Positions 33,125 to 45,169 of a stretch of DNA of 64,000 nucleotides are shown here, in pieces. Within the stretch, counting starts at the first letter, position 1; each line of letters begins with the position of its first letter. The notes below the pieces were generated by a model, which was not told the DNA's origin, did no database searches, and saw only the letters and a list, made by a program, of their open reading frames with translations. Location: positions 124,001 to 188,000 of the forward strand of contig OZ251222.1 of assembly GCA_965240325.2 (NCBI GenBank), read 5' to 3'. Position numbers and translations under genes: made by a program. Origin of the DNA: Rebecca billardiae RCC1528 (lineage: Eukaryota; Protista; Haptophyta).

Positions 33125-34282
33125 TCAGAAGCCTGGCGCCTGCTCCAACTCCCGGCACAGCTCGTTTGCTGCCATCATCTGAGCGTGTGTCGACCAGCGG
33201 TCGAGCCCGTGGGAATCACAGTACTCGCGAACGCGGCTCTTCGCCTCCCTCCAGGTGGCATCGTCGGCATCATCCGAGGCGTCGCACGCCGGGGTCATCG
33301 AGCGCAGGCGATTTGCGAGCCTTTGCACTGCGGAGCGCATGCGCGGCTGGAGCGCGCGCCATGTGTCGCCAGCACGCTCGTTCCAGAAGGGCATGGACTC
33401 GGCGTCAGCGGTGGCGCAGTTGTGCACGCTGCGCGCGGGGAAGTTGCTCACGTCATCCGTGGTCTCGTCCACCGCAACCACGATGTACGCCACGGCGCGC
33501 TCGCGCGAGTCGTTCGCCCGGCCGCGATGGATGGTCCGGTAGTCGAAGATGATCGCACCACCCGCAGGGCACGCGGGCGACTCCATCTGCGCCATCGCAG
33601 CGTCGTCCTGCGGCAGGGCGAGCACCTCGTGCGCGTCGAGCGTGCGCTTGTGCGAGCCCGGCCAGAACTGCGTGCCGTCCCCGTCAGCCTCAATGTCGAC
33701 GAGGGGGACGAAGATGTTGAAGAGCCGACCGTCGCCGTCCGCATGAAAGCTCTGCTCCTCCGCGCCCTGCCTGCTGACGACGAGCCCGCGCATGACGACG
33801 CGCGGGTGCGCGAGAAAAGGCGAGGAGCCATCCGTCTCGGCATCGCACAGCGCGCGCAGTACGGGCGCCGCTTGGTCCACGGCCCGCTCGCACAGCTCGT
33901 CCCACGCCGCGCTCTGCGGCATGCGCATGTCCCACCGGCGCGGCTTGCGGTGGCAGATCTGGGAGAACGAGTATTGCTGCTCAAAAATGTTGCACCCGGC
34001 ATCATCCGCGGCGGCTAAGAGCGTCTCCAGACGCTCGTGGCACTCCTCGGAGACGCGGGCGCACAGCTCGCTGTCCAGCGTCGAGCCGCCATCAGCGCCA
34101 GCAGACAGCACAGCAAAGCCGTCCTCGCGCAGCCGAGATGCCACGGATGCCACCGCGGAGTCTGCGATGCGAGGGGAGGTGGTGGAGACGGCTGGACGCC
34201 GCGCAGCAGGGGTGGAGATGGAGCTTCTCCCGATCGTCGAACCCGGGGCCGCAGTAAGGAGCACGGCGAGCGACGACAGCAT
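33125..34282 (-). CDS. PhyH-like Fe(II)/2-oxoglutarate dioxygenase with presequence
   Basis: QSFHADG, FVPLVD...GTQFWPGSH, GGAIIFDYRTIHRGRAN...RAVAY. Confidence 0.85.
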   Translation of the reverse strand: MLSSLAVLLTAAPGSTIGRSSISTPAARRPAVSTTSPRIADSAVASVASRLREDGFAVLSAGADGGSTLDSELCARVSEECHERLETLLAAADDAGCNIFEQQYSFSQICHRKPRRWDMRMPQSAAWDELCERAVDQAAPVLRALCDAETDGSSPFLAHPRVVMRGLVVSRQGAEEQSFHADGDGRLFNIFVPLVDIEADGDGTQFWPGSHKRTLDAHEVLALPQDDAAMAQMESPACPAGGAIIFDYRTIHRGRANDSRERAVAYIVVAVDETTDDVSNFPARSVHNCATADAESMPFWNERAGDTWRALQPRMRSAVQRLANRLRSMTPACDASDDADDATWREAKSRVREYCDSHGLDRWSTHAQMMAANELCRELEQAPGF

Positions 34283-34391
34283 GGGGCGTGGGCGTGGGCG
34301 CGACGGGTGCAGGTCGCGAGCTGATCTCGGCCGAGTGGTCGTCTGGCCGACAAAGAAAGTACAGTCCCAACAAACAATGCGTACTGTATGA

Positions 34392-34617
34392 TAGTACAGT
34401 TTACTATGTTTTAACGTGCACACTTGGTTAAGGCGTGATTAACGCCATCCAACACTGCACAAAGACACCGCCACAAAACAGACCGGCGCAGGCAGGTGAG
34501 GGGCGCGTTGCCGCACCTCATCGAGGCGGCCATTGCAGCAAGCGGCCGCCCCGCGCTCGGAGGCACGCGCTCGGGAGCGCGCTCTGACACCACACGGGGA
34601 GGGTGCTGCACCTGGAT
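34392..34617 (-). repeat. Truncated second copy of the 14117-15408 element end
   Basis: 223 bp nearly identical to 14117-14339, including the TAGTACAGTTTACTA boundary. Confidence 0.85.
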
Positions 34618-34787
34618 ACGACGTAACTCCGCCACTACTCTCCAGTGACAGCCGCTGCAGCGCTGCTGGCTGTCGCTGACGGTCCGTCGTAGCGGAGCAG
34701 TGGTTACGACGCTGCGCCTGCTGAGACTAGTGCCGGTACTGGAGGCGGCATTGGAGTGTCACGGGTCATCTGCAGCATCGTCAGTAG

Positions 34788-35591
34788 TTACGCACGGAAG
34801 GTCCCCGCCGGGGCCGGCTCTGACAGATCGCGCACAAGGAACGCGTTGGTGGTGCGGCGCCACTGCAGCGCAAAGCCTGGCTGCACGCGCTGCTGCTGGC
34901 CGGGCCTGGGCAGCGGCTTCTCGGCGCGGAGGTAGGCCACAGCGCGGTAGCCGAGGCGCTCGTAGAGGCCGATCGCCGGCTCGTTCGAGTGCTCCACGAA
35001 GAGAGTCTGCTCGTCATAGCCCCACTCGCGGGCGACCTCCTCAGCTGTGCGAACGAGGTGCGTGGCCACGCCTGTGCGCCTTGCGTCGCGAGCGACGGCC
35101 AGGTTGCTAATGTGCGGCCGCAGAGTCGAACTCATGCGCTGTCGCCATCCACGTGGCGTCTGGCCGTCGGCCGTGAACGGCAGCAGCTCGAGACCCGCAC
35201 AGCCGATCACCTTGCCGTCATCGCCATGCGCGACGATCAGCCTGCTGCGATCGGCGCGGCGGAGTGTGGCATATCGTCGGCACATATCGGCATCGATCTC
35301 CTCGACGAGCTGCGCGTGCTGGGCGTCCGAGCTGATGCTGTCGCTAAACCACGCCTCCACGAACATGTTGGCGACGTCGCTCAAGCCCCTCTTGTCGATT
35401 GCAAGGTCGCTGAGCGGGGCCACGAGCGTCGGCGGTCGTGCGAGTGATGCGGCGGCATGTTGGCGGGCCACGACAGGGCGTGAGGAGGGTGTCGCGGCGT
35501 GCCACTGAAGGCTCACAGATGCGCCGCTGACGTACAGCACGAAGTGCGTGAGCACCACCAGACGCGGCAGGGCTGGTGAATGAGCGCGCAT
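34788..35591 (-). CDS. GNAT N-acetyltransferase with presequence
   Basis: VIGCAGL...HISNLAVARDARRTGVATHLV...LFVEHSNEPAIGLYERLGY. Confidence 0.87.
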   Translation of the reverse strand: MRAHSPALPRLVVLTHFVLYVSGASVSLQWHAATPSSRPVVARQHAAASLARPPTLVAPLSDLAIDKRGLSDVANMFVEAWFSDSISSDAQHAQLVEEIDADMCRRYATLRRADRSRLIVAHGDDGKVIGCAGLELLPFTADGQTPRGWRQRMSSTLRPHISNLAVARDARRTGVATHLVRTAEEVAREWGYDEQTLFVEHSNEPAIGLYERLGYRAVAYLRAEKPLPRPGQQQRVQPGFALQWRRTTNAFLVRDLSEPAPAGTFRA

Positions 35592-36380
35592 CTTGGCCTC
35601 GCCGCGGTGAACGGGCACCGGGTGTTTCAGGAGGCGTGGTAGCGCGCAAAAGATTCCCATCCCGATAAGTCGCATCGGAGAAGCCCGCACACAGTGGTCG
35701 AACTTCGTCGTTGCATGGCTAATGACGAGTCTGGCGAGCCTGTCGAGAACGCAAAGGTTCTTAGCGGGACCTGACGACGGTGAAGAAGACAATTCATTGA
35801 TATCCTGCGCGAGGATCGGCGGAGAATCATCAGCAGCAGCTTTGGCGCCTTTGTCCCCCTGATACAGTATTCAGTGCAGTCAATGAGCTGCTCATCACCG
35901 CCGCAAACCGGTGCTCGCGTCGCCCGCGCGGCAGCCCGGGATGAAGAGCGCGCAAGACGCTTGTCGAGGACGATTGCGCGCTGATAGCATACTACAGGAA
36001 TGCGTGCGTGAAGCTCCGCGCAGGATCAGTTGTGCCCTTAGAGACGTCGCAGAAGCGCCTTTGTAGGTTGACGTAGGAGTAGTGGAGTTGCCTACGTCGA
36101 ACTGACGGCCGCGAGCGCCCGGCAAACAGACGTGTGCATGGCTGGGCAGTGCCAATCGCCAGAGGTGCTTGACGTGATTTTGCCTCGCGGTCGGGTGTGA
36201 TGGAAAATGGACTGGCGTGCTGCCAAGAAGTGCGCTTGTGCCAAGGCTTGTGCACTGCCAAGGCCTCTTCCCGTTGCGCCTGCCAAGGCCGCCATCGTGC
36301 AGACCGGTTGACTCACTGCCGCTACTTGGACCGGGTGGAGTGGCGCCGCGGCCGGACTCAGACCACGCGACCGCGAGAAA

Positions 36381-39293
36381 ATGGCGACGGAGCCGATCTC
36401 GGAGCTGCTACGCGCCTCTCGGCCGGCCTCGCGAGCGGCGGGAGCGGAGCTGCTCCGGCGCGTGGCGAGCGATGTCAGCGACGGTGCGTTCTCTCGCGAG
36501 CACGTCGCGTGGCTCCGTGCGCTCACGCCGCTGCTGCAGGACGACGAGCCAGCCACGACGCGCGCGGCGGCAGTGTCGGCACTCGCCGTGCTCGTGACAC
36601 GCTGCGCAAACACGCCGCAGGAGCAGCGCGCAATGGCGGGGGCGCTGCAGCGGCTCATACCCGCGCAAATACGTGCGCTGCGCGCCCTCGGCGCCAGCGG
36701 ATCCACCCTCGTCCGCGCCCTCGTCGAGCTGGTCGACGCGGCTGGCTCGGCATTCAAGCCGTTCGCGAGCAGGCTGGAGGCCGCGGCGAGCGCGCTGCTC
36801 GCGCACGACGATCCGGAGATGCGCGCGGCCGCAGCGACGCTGCTGGCGCGTACGCCGTACACGCTCATCGCCAACCCCGGCGCCCTCGCCGACGCGTGGG
36901 GGCACCTCGTCACCAGGTCCCTCGGCACGCTCGACCGCGCCGTCAGCATTGCGCTCGGCGCTCTGGACGGCGAGGGCAGCACCTTCGGCGACGGGGCGCT
37001 GCCGCTGCTCGACGTGGGCACCGAGCTGAGCGCGTACGACGAGGACGAGGACGAGGACGAGGAGGACACCACCGGCGGCGCCGCGCAGGCGGACGCCCCG
37101 AACGGCGTGGCGCGCGCAGGCCGCGGCGAGGAGGCAGCTGCCGGCAGCGCGGCGCGTAGTGGCCCTGCAGACGAGTTGGCCGGCGCGCTGGGTGCGCGCG
37201 ACGCGGCGGATATGCCGGCTGCGGCCGCGCGCATCCGCGCGGTCATTGGCGCCATCGAGGCCCGGCAGCCGTACGTGGACCCGCTCGAGCAGCCGACCGC
37301 GCGCTCGGAGCTGCGCGCCGCGGCGCGCATCGCGCGCGTCGCGCACGCGCTGTGCGCGGCGCTGTGCGCGTGCCTGCAGCCAGAGCCGTCGGCTTCGGGG
37401 CGGCTGTGCGGGGTGGTCGCGCACGGCATCGTCGTGCCGGCGGTGCCGATGCCTGTCGGCGGCATCGTCGCGCTCGCCCGCCGCGTCCTGCTCGCGGGCA
37501 GCCTGCCCCCGCCGCAGCTGCCGCCCGCAGACTGCCTGGGGCCATCGGCCGCGCTCGCGCTGCTGCCGCAGCTGCAGGCGGCCATGGCAGAGGCGCTCGT
37601 GGCACTCGCGGCCGCCGCGCGCACGAGCGCGCTGCCGCACGTCGAGCCGCTCGCGCACGGCCTCGTCACGGCGCTGCGCGCGCACCAGCCGGCAGGCAGG
37701 GCGCATGCGCACGACAGCCGCCCTCAGCTCATCGCCGCCGCCTCGACCATCTCCCTCTCCCTCGGCAGCGCGGCCGGCCCGGCGCTCGCCGCGCCCGCCG
37801 CTGACTGGTGCACGGAGGTTTGCGCGGCGGCGGTGTGCGCAGAGATCGAGCGGGGCGCGGAAGCGTCCGCGTCCGCCGCTGGTGCAGCGGAGCCCACGCC
37901 CGCCGCCAAGCGCAAGCGAGGCGCCAAGCAGCTGCAGCCGTCGCAGCCCGGAGGCGCAGCGGGCCGGCCGTCGGTGTGGGCGGGAGGTCCGGAGGAGAAC
38001 GCGCGCGTGCTGCTCGGCGCGCTGCGCGCTCTGCCTGCGCTGCTGCACGTCGGCGCCGGCTGCATCGCGCCAGCCAGCCGGCTGGGCCTGGAGCAGGTGC
38101 TGGCTGCCCTGCTCGAGCTCTCGCTCGGCCCGACGCCCGGCGAGCGTCGCGCCGAAGCCGCGCCGCGCATGGCACCCGGGGCCGGCGGCGGCGCGGAGGG
38201 CGAGGCCGGAGGGCCCACGTCTGCCCGCGCGCCTTCGAGCGTGCCGCCCCCGCCGTGGCGCCACTCTGCAGCGGTGCGCTGTGCGCTCATCGACGCGCTG
38301 CGCGGCTCGTTCGCAACGCCGTATGCGCTGCACCCGCCCATGCTCGCCGTCACGCTGCCGCTGCTGCTGCGCGCTCGGCAGGCCGCAGACGCGGCGGTCG
38401 CGGCGAGCGCGGCGAGCGCGCTCGGCTGCGCCGAGGTGTTCCTACACCCGCGCGTCGCGCCCGCCGCGACGCCGCGGCTGGCGGTCGAGGCGTGGGCGTC
38501 GCTCCGGCCGCACGCCGCCCCGCGCGGGGTCGAGGCTGCGGGTGTGGACGCTGGTCGTCCGGCGTGGCCGGCCGCGGACAGCTTGGATGGTGCGGCGGCC
38601 GCGGCCGCGGCCGCCGCAGCTGTTGCGCAGGCGCGAGCGCTCTCGCCGCCCACCGAGTGGCCGCCCACCGAGCTCGATGGCTCGGCCGCCGAGGGCGGCG
38701 GCTGCGCGCCGCTTGCGGCGGATGCAGCCCCGCAGCCGGCCGCTACGCCGCACGAGCCAGTGGGGGCGGCAGCGTGCCTCGCGGCCGCGAGCGCGCAGCC
38801 CGTGTCATCATCACAGCCGACACCCGCGGCGGAGGCATGCGCGGGCGGCGCTCCTGGCGGGCACACATCGCCAGCAGCCGAGCCAGCTGCGCGCACAACA
38901 ACGCCAGCGTGCAGCGGGCAAGCTGCGCCCCGCGCTCCTGACGCACTCGACGGCGGCACGGGGGGCCTCGACAGCTCCGCAGCCGCGGCAGGCATGAGCA
39001 CCGCCGAATGTGGGGGTGGCGCCTGCTCGAGCGCGGCCATACTTGCCGCATCGCTAGCACCGCCCGGCTACGCCCTGCTCGCGTCGGCTGCGTTCGGTGG
39101 CCAAGCGGCCGACGCAGAGTCAGGGCTGCGGGGCGCGGCCAGCATCCCAACGGACGAGGCAAAGGGTCGGACGGACGGCGATGACGAGAGCGTCGACGAC
39201 GATGACGACGACGACGAGGGTGAGGATGGTGCGAGCGACGACGGCGACGACGAAGCGATGCCAGACATCGTACTTGCACCGCCCGACCAGTGA
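36381..39293 (+). CDS. PELP1/Rix1-like ribosome biogenesis protein
   Basis: Helical-repeat body, conserved-looking FLHPR, Pro/Ala-rich linker, acidic tail ending DDEAMPDIVLAPPD as in PELP1/Rix1 homologues. Confidence 0.6.
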   Translation: MATEPISELLRASRPASRAAGAELLRRVASDVSDGAFSREHVAWLRALTPLLQDDEPATTRAAAVSALAVLVTRCANTPQEQRAMAGALQRLIPAQIRALRALGASGSTLVRALVELVDAAGSAFKPFASRLEAAASALLAHDDPEMRAAAATLLARTPYTLIANPGALADAWGHLVTRSLGTLDRAVSIALGALDGEGSTFGDGALPLLDVGTELSAYDEDEDEDEEDTTGGAAQADAPNGVARAGRGEEAAAGSAARSGPADELAGALGARDAADMPAAAARIRAVIGAIEARQPYVDPLEQPTARSELRAAARIARVAHALCAALCACLQPEPSASGRLCGVVAHGIVVPAVPMPVGGIVALARRVLLAGSLPPPQLPPADCLGPSAALALLPQLQAAMAEALVALAAAARTSALPHVEPLAHGLVTALRAHQPAGRAHAHDSRPQLIAAASTISLSLGSAAGPALAAPAADWCTEVCAAAVCAEIERGAEASASAAGAAEPTPAAKRKRGAKQLQPSQPGGAAGRPSVWAGGPEENARVLLGALRALPALLHVGAGCIAPASRLGLEQVLAALLELSLGPTPGERRAEAAPRMAPGAGGGAEGEAGGPTSARAPSSVPPPPWRHSAAVRCALIDALRGSFATPYALHPPMLAVTLPLLLRARQAADAAVAASAASALGCAEVFLHPRVAPAATPRLAVEAWASLRPHAAPRGVEAAGVDAGRPAWPAADSLDGAAAAAAAAAAVAQARALSPPTEWPPTELDGSAAEGGGCAPLAADAAPQPAATPHEPVGAAACLAAASAQPVSSSQPTPAAEACAGGAPGGHTSPAAEPAARTTTPACSGQAAPRAPDALDGGTGGLDSSAAAAGMSTAECGGGACSSAAILAASLAPPGYALLASAAFGGQAADAESGLRGAASIPTDEAKGRTDGDDESVDDDDDDDEGEDGASDDGDDEAMPDIVLAPPDQ

Positions 39294-39592
39294 GTCTGCC
39301 CGAAGTGCCGGCGCCGTTCAGCTTGGCCTCCCTGAGTGCTGCTGCCTCCGCCCGCCGAGAGCTGCAACAAGCATCATGATCAATCAGCCTTGGCCTCTTG
39401 TTGATTGGCCAGCTGTTGATCATCTCGGCTTGCAAGTTGCATGGTCACTTGTCTCCTCCGGATTTTGGCGGGGCTGGGGCAACAAATCCAAGTTGTGCAA
39501 TAAAATAGCGCACTCGGAAAATTTGTCGCGCGGCGCAGACGCCTGTGCCCGGTGACGAGAATCTGGAGTGTGGACGTCATCGCGTTCGCGGG

Positions 39593-40495
39593 ATGAGCGC
39601 CGACATGAGCGGTCCACTCGGCTTCGTGGGCTTGGGCATCATGGGGAACGGTATGGCCGCCTGCCTTGTCAAGGCAGGGCACAAGCTGGTCGTGTGGAAC
39701 AGAGACACGTCCAAGGCGCAGGCTTTCGCGGACGCCCACCCGGGCACGGTCGTCGCGCCGAGTGCGCGAGAGGTCGTCGCGTCCACGGCCATCACCTTCT
39801 CGATGCTGAGCACGCCGGAAGCCTCGCGCGCCGTCTTTGATGGTGACAACGGCGTTCTGGCAGGTGTTGCGCCGGGCAAGTCGATCGTCGACTGCGCCAC
39901 GCTGACGTCTGAGCGCATGTCGGAGATGGCGTCGGCGGTTCGAGCCAAGGGCGGCTCCTTCCTCGAGGCTCCCGTTTCCGGCTCGAAGAAGCCGGCAGAA
40001 GACGGCTCCTTGATCTTCCTCACGGCGGGTGACGAGGCCCTGTTCAATGCCGCTAAGCCCGCCTTTGACATCATGGGCAAGGCGACGCACTACTACGGCA
40101 CGGAGGTGGGCGGCGGGACCAAGATGAAGCTGGCTGTGAATATGACGATGGGCATTCAGGCGGCCGCACTGGCCGAGGGCGTGGCACTGTGCGAGGCGGC
40201 CGGCCTCTCGGCGGAGTCGTTCGTCGAAGTCCTCAAGCAAGGCGCTATGAGCTCGCCGCTCGTCGCGGGCAAGGGCGCCGCCATGCTGAAGCGCGCGTAC
40301 GACGCAAACTTCCCGCTGCAGCATGCGCAGAAGGACATGCGCTTCGCTGTGCAGCTCGGGGACGAGCTGGCGCTGTCGCTCCCGGTGGCGGCCGCGTCGA
40401 ACGAGCTGTACAAGCGCGCGCGCACCGCGGGGTATGCCGATTCCGACTTCTGCGCCGTCGCCGAGGCGGCGCGCAAGTCTGGCACCGCCAAGTGA
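39593..40495 (+). CDS. GLYR: Glyoxylate/succinic semialdehyde reductase (beta-hydroxyacid dehydrogenase family)
   Basis: GFVGLGIMG..VWNR, FLEAPVSGSKKPAEDG, KMKLAVN, FPLQHAQKDMR. Confidence 0.88.
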   Translation: MSADMSGPLGFVGLGIMGNGMAACLVKAGHKLVVWNRDTSKAQAFADAHPGTVVAPSAREVVASTAITFSMLSTPEASRAVFDGDNGVLAGVAPGKSIVDCATLTSERMSEMASAVRAKGGSFLEAPVSGSKKPAEDGSLIFLTAGDEALFNAAKPAFDIMGKATHYYGTEVGGGTKMKLAVNMTMGIQAAALAEGVALCEAAGLSAESFVEVLKQGAMSSPLVAGKGAAMLKRAYDANFPLQHAQKDMRFAVQLGDELALSLPVAAASNELYKRARTAGYADSDFCAVAEAARKSGTAK

Positions 40496-41145
40496 TCCCT
40501 CACCAACACCGGCCATAGCTACCGCAGCCATCATCAGAAAGTCGACCGGCCACGCTCGGCCCGTGCGGCGGGCGACGTTTGCTGCGCGCGCCGTGCTGCT
40601 CGCGACGCGTGCGCTTTGGCTCGCTGGCACGCGGCTCTCGGCACACAAAACGACTGACTGCAGCTGGGATGCCCGTTCGCGCCGCAAGGAGGCGTGCGTG
40701 GCCGGTTGCCGCGGCCGAGCGGACTCAGAGGCGTGCTCGTGCCGCCTGCACGCCGGGCGCCCATGGACATGGCGTCGCGGCGCGCGCTGAGGCTGGCGAC
40801 CGTCGCGTCCGAGTTCTGCGACGGGCGCGGCGTGCCATCTGCCCGCTTCCTTGCATCCCCCGCACGCCTTCTGCGGGCAGCGGCGACTCGCAATGACAAT
40901 GCCAACAATGTTACACTGCGGTGGGCAAGGGCCAAGGCGCCAAGCCCGAAGCCGCCGCGCTTTGCTGTATTTTCGGACAGTCGACTCGCAAAATGAATGC
41001 GCCGCTCCACCCGCAATATGTGGCAGTGCCTCGTCAAAGACGCTTTGCCTTGAACTGGCCGTGAGCCGGCAGGCGTCAACTGGCCGCCTGCCGCCGGGCC
41101 GCGGCCGTCCACTCCGAAGTTCGAGCGCACCGAGCCTTGTGCCGC

Positions 41146-42910
41146 ATGCTGCATCGCGCGCTCGGGGAGCTGGGCATGGGGCAGCTAGCCCGGCCGAATC
41201 CGACGTGGAGGTCCGCCCTCAGACTCGCGGCAATCCGCGCGCGCTCGTCATCCTCGACTCCGGAGCACACCGTCGACAAGTCCGAACCGCGCTTCCTCGA
41301 CATGGTGGGCATCAACTTTGATCGCGCAGGCGAGCTGATCAAGGACGAAGTGAGTCCTGACATGCTGTCGTTCATCAAGAGTAGCAACGCAGTGATCCAG
41401 CTCGCCTTCCCCCATCGCCGGCCCGACGGTAGCATCGAGGTGATCAACGCGTATCGCGCGCAGCACTCGCATCACCGGCTGCCGACGAAGGGCGGCATCC
41501 GCTACTCGGAGGCCGTCAACCAGCAGGAGGTGGAGGCGCTAGCCGCGCTGATGACGATGAAGTGCGCGGTGGTGGACGTGCCCTTCGGCGGCGCGAAGGG
41601 CGGCGTCTGCATAGACCCGCGCAAGTACTCCGACATGGAGCTCGAGAGCATCACGCGGCGGTACACGCTCGAGCTCACGCGCAAGGGCTTCATCGGCCCC
41701 GGCATCGACGTGCCCGCGCCTGACATGGGCACCGGCGCGCGCGAGATGGGGTGGATCAAGGACGCGTTCGCTACCCTCGACCCCGACCTCAACTCCTCCG
41801 CGTGCGTCACGGGCAAGCCGATCTCGCAGGGCGGTGTGCGCGGGCGCACGGAGGCGACCGGGCTCGGCGCCTTCTTCGGGATCCGCTCCTTCCTCAACGA
41901 CAGGGAGTTCTGCGACAAGGTGCACTTTGACGAGCCGGGCGTGAAGGGGAAGCGCTTCATCGTGCAGGGCTTCGGCAACGTCGGCTACCACGCCGCCAAG
42001 TTCATCCACAACGCGGGCGGGCTGGTCGTCGGCGTGGGCGAGGCGAACAGCGCCATCTACACGCCCTCGACCACGACCGGCTTTGTGCCGGAGGAGGTGC
42101 GCGCGCACTTTGCGGAGCATCGCACGCTGAAGGGGTTCCAGCCTGGGTCGGGCCCCCGGCCCGAGCTGATGGAGGGCGAGGACGTGGTACGCGTGCTCGA
42201 GCGGGAGTGCGACATGCTCGTCCCCGCCGCGCTCGAGCAAGTCATCCACGCGGGCAACGTCGGCCGGCTGCGGTGCAAGGCCATCGCCGAGGGCGCCAAC
42301 GGGCCGGTCACGCCGAGCGCCGAGGACGCGCTGCTCGCGCGCGACATCCACATCCTCCCCGACCTCGTGCTCAACGCCGGCGGCGTGACGGTGAGCTACA
42401 TCGAGTGGCTGAAGAACCTGCAGCACGTCCGGTGCGCCCGCGCCCTGCACGCGGCGCGGCGCGATCCCGTGCTCGCAAGCACGCGCGAGCCGCGCGGCGT
42501 GCGCCTAACGCGGCGCGGTCTGACCCGACGCGCGGCTCGCACTCGCGCGAAACGCGTGCGAACTCGTCGTGGGCTGTTCCGCACGCCCACGCGCCGCGCC
42601 CGTCACCGACAGCTTCGGCCGGCTGACCAAGAAGTGGGAGGAGCGCTCCAAGCGCCTGATGATGTCTGTCGTCGACTCGCTCGTCGAGAAGACCCTTCCG
42701 GGCTTCCTACCGGACACGCTTCGCGAAGAGCTGGTGAAAGGCCCGTCCGAGCGCGATATCGTCTACTCGGGGCTGCAGGAGACGATGGACACGGCGTGCG
42801 CCGAGACGCGCGAGACGGCGCACGCGCTCAACGTGACGTACCGCATGGGCGCGTTTGTCAACGCGCTGCGCAAGATCAACCAGTCGCTGAAGGACGCGGG
42901 CCAAGGGTAA
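41146..42910 (+). CDS. GDH: NAD(P)-glutamate dehydrogenase, probably mitochondrial; intron 42432-42612
   Basis: HRLPTKGGIRY, KCAVVDVPFGGAKGG, DVPAPDMGT, VTGKP..GG..GRTEATG, QGFGNVG, AEGANGP, NAGGVTVSYIEW, HVR|FGRL, ERDIVYSGL. Confidence 0.95.
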
Positions 42911-43057
42911 AAGGCGCGGGTCACGGCGGGCATAGCCTCTCCGGACGTGGTGCCCGCCTGCCACCCCCCCCCCCCCTTCTTACTAGACTACTACTAGTAG
43001 TACATCACTGCAGTACATGATACAGAATCAGTAGTTTTAATACTGATATTTTTAATT

Positions 43058-44173
43058 AATTCCCCTTTATAATACTACGGGCTCCGGATCAGATCAGACT
43101 GGCGGCCGAAGCCTCCATCCAGCCCTACCCTGGCCAGCCCCCCGAACCAACCAACACCCTCACCCAACCTCAAACCACTGACCGAGACACCTAGTGCCTT
43201 GACACCACTCCACCGTGTGGACAGCCCGCCTCCAGAGGGGGCGGGGGTACGTATGCCATTGCCAGCAGCATACAAGCCCAATACTGTGGGGTGGTTGTAG
43301 TTCGAAACGAGTAAAATGACGCACAACACACTTTTACCTGATGCTCCCCCCCCGACTCCTCTACCGTATTGGCAAATAGGACAATGTTCGCGCGCGCGAT
43401 CTCGATTCTTTGTATGTGGCGTGGGGATTACTTTCATACAAACGGTCCTCCTAGGACAACCTTCAAGAATGTGTGGAGAAGTACTCACTCGCATATTTTT
43501 AAATTCCCCTTTATAACGGGCTCCGGGTGATCAGACTGGCGGCCGAAGCCTCCAGCCCTACCCTGGCCAGCCCCCAACCAACCACCACCCTCACCCAACC
43601 TCGAACCACTGACCGATACACCAAGTGCCTTGACACCACTCCGCTGTGGACAGCCCGCCTCCAGAGGGGGCGGGGGTATGCCATGCCAATCGTATCGCCT
43701 CGCCGTTCCGATAACCGACCACGAGCGTCCGCGACATCTGTCGGTGTGCCGTCGTCGTCGTTCGAAGCGTGCATGCGGCCACACCTCCGAGTTTTTGCTG
43801 ACGACCAGACGTGTGGCCCTCGCGGCCCTGGCCGGCGCAACGGCGGTGGCCGCGATGGCCGAAAAACCGCCGAAGCCGCCGAGCCCGGCCGCGCTTGTCC
43901 TCGAAGCTCTTTGCCGTACGTCGGCCTGCGTCCCAGAGTGGATGCACGGCCCACGAGAGGAGGTCCAGCGTGCAATTCCGTTCGCACGTGGCGCGGTCCG
44001 GCGAGTTATGCCTATGGTATTGGTCGAGCCGGGTGGATGTTTGCGCATCTTTCATGGAATGCCGTCAGCGCTCGCAGCCCGCCTGTAGCTTCGCTCGCCG
44101 CTCCAGGGCCAGCGTCTCCGCTCCTGTGGTAGTGTGCCAGGCATGCGGCCGAGGTGATTAACGAGTAAAATGA
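43058..44173. repeat. Two tandem members of an unclassified repeat (about 43058-43319 and 43502-44173)
   Basis: About 200 bp of shared start (AATTCCCCTTTATAA...GGGGGCGGGGGTA) and a shared end AACGAGTAAAATGA; interiors differ. Confidence 0.8.
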
Positions 44174-44387
44174 TGATGATGAATATGAAGCTCTTTCATC
44201 AAGTTTGTGCGACCGAATCTTCAGAAAGGCGCGCGCGGCGTGCCGATTGGGTGCCGTCCAGTTGCTGGGTTCAGGCACAGAAAGTTGACGGCATCGGCAC
44301 CGGCAGCCTGAAAAAGGCACTGGCCGTTGCCAGCTCCACCCGTCCAGCAAGGTGCCGGCACACCGACTTTCCATCCACAGCGGCTCC

Positions 44388-44870
44388 ATGGCGCGCGCAA
44401 CGCTCTACGTCCTCGCGTCGCTGATGCTCGAGAGGGTGGCGTGCCTTTCAACGAACTTTGCGGCACCACCCAGTCCCCGTGTCACGCGGCTCCAGAACGT
44501 CGCGCGCTCCGCGATCCACCAAGGGCGCTATCACGAGGCAGACCGGTGCTATGACATCATCCTGTCCACGTCCGATCCGCATCCGCGCACCTTCCTGCTC
44601 AAGGCCCTTCACGACGTGCGCATGGGCCGATGGGAGGAAGCGCGTGCCACTTATCGTGCCGGCAACAAGATGTATCCCTCCGACCCGAAGCTCCTCCAGG
44701 GCTGGGGCCTCCTCGAGAGCCGAATGGGTCGCATGGATGTTGCCACGCGCCTCCTGAGCCGGTGCATCGCAGTGGATGGGGGGCACTCGCCGGTGCAGCG
44801 CTGGCACATCTTCCGCGACTCGTTGGAGAGGTTGAATATGCGCCAGCGCCTCGCCGACGCACACACATGA
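44388..44870 (+). CDS. Small TPR/HAT-repeat protein with presequence
   Basis: GRYHEADRCY, GRWEEARATY, KLLQGWGLLESRMGRMDVATRLL helical repeats. Confidence 0.7.
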   Translation: MARATLYVLASLMLERVACLSTNFAAPPSPRVTRLQNVARSAIHQGRYHEADRCYDIILSTSDPHPRTFLLKALHDVRMGRWEEARATYRAGNKMYPSDPKLLQGWGLLESRMGRMDVATRLLSRCIAVDGGHSPVQRWHIFRDSLERLNMRQRLADAHT

Positions 44871-45169
44871 CGAACGAGCGTGCGGAAACGGATGGCCTCG
44901 GTCAGGATGTCTCGAGTCGTCTGTCTGTCTCGGTAACACGCTGTCACGCAGCCCCGGCCTGTCTGTTATTTCCGTCGGACCGCACGTCGCCGCTGACTCT
45001 CACTCTGAGACAGGCTGACTCCTGGCCCAGCCCGCCCAGTGCCGCTGGTGAGAACTGATGAGTTCTGCTGATCAGAGTCACACGTGACGGCTGACGCGGA
45101 TCATCGGCACGGGCGTGACGCGGACCAAGTAAATTCGTCAATCGTCATATTATTATATAATTATCATTA

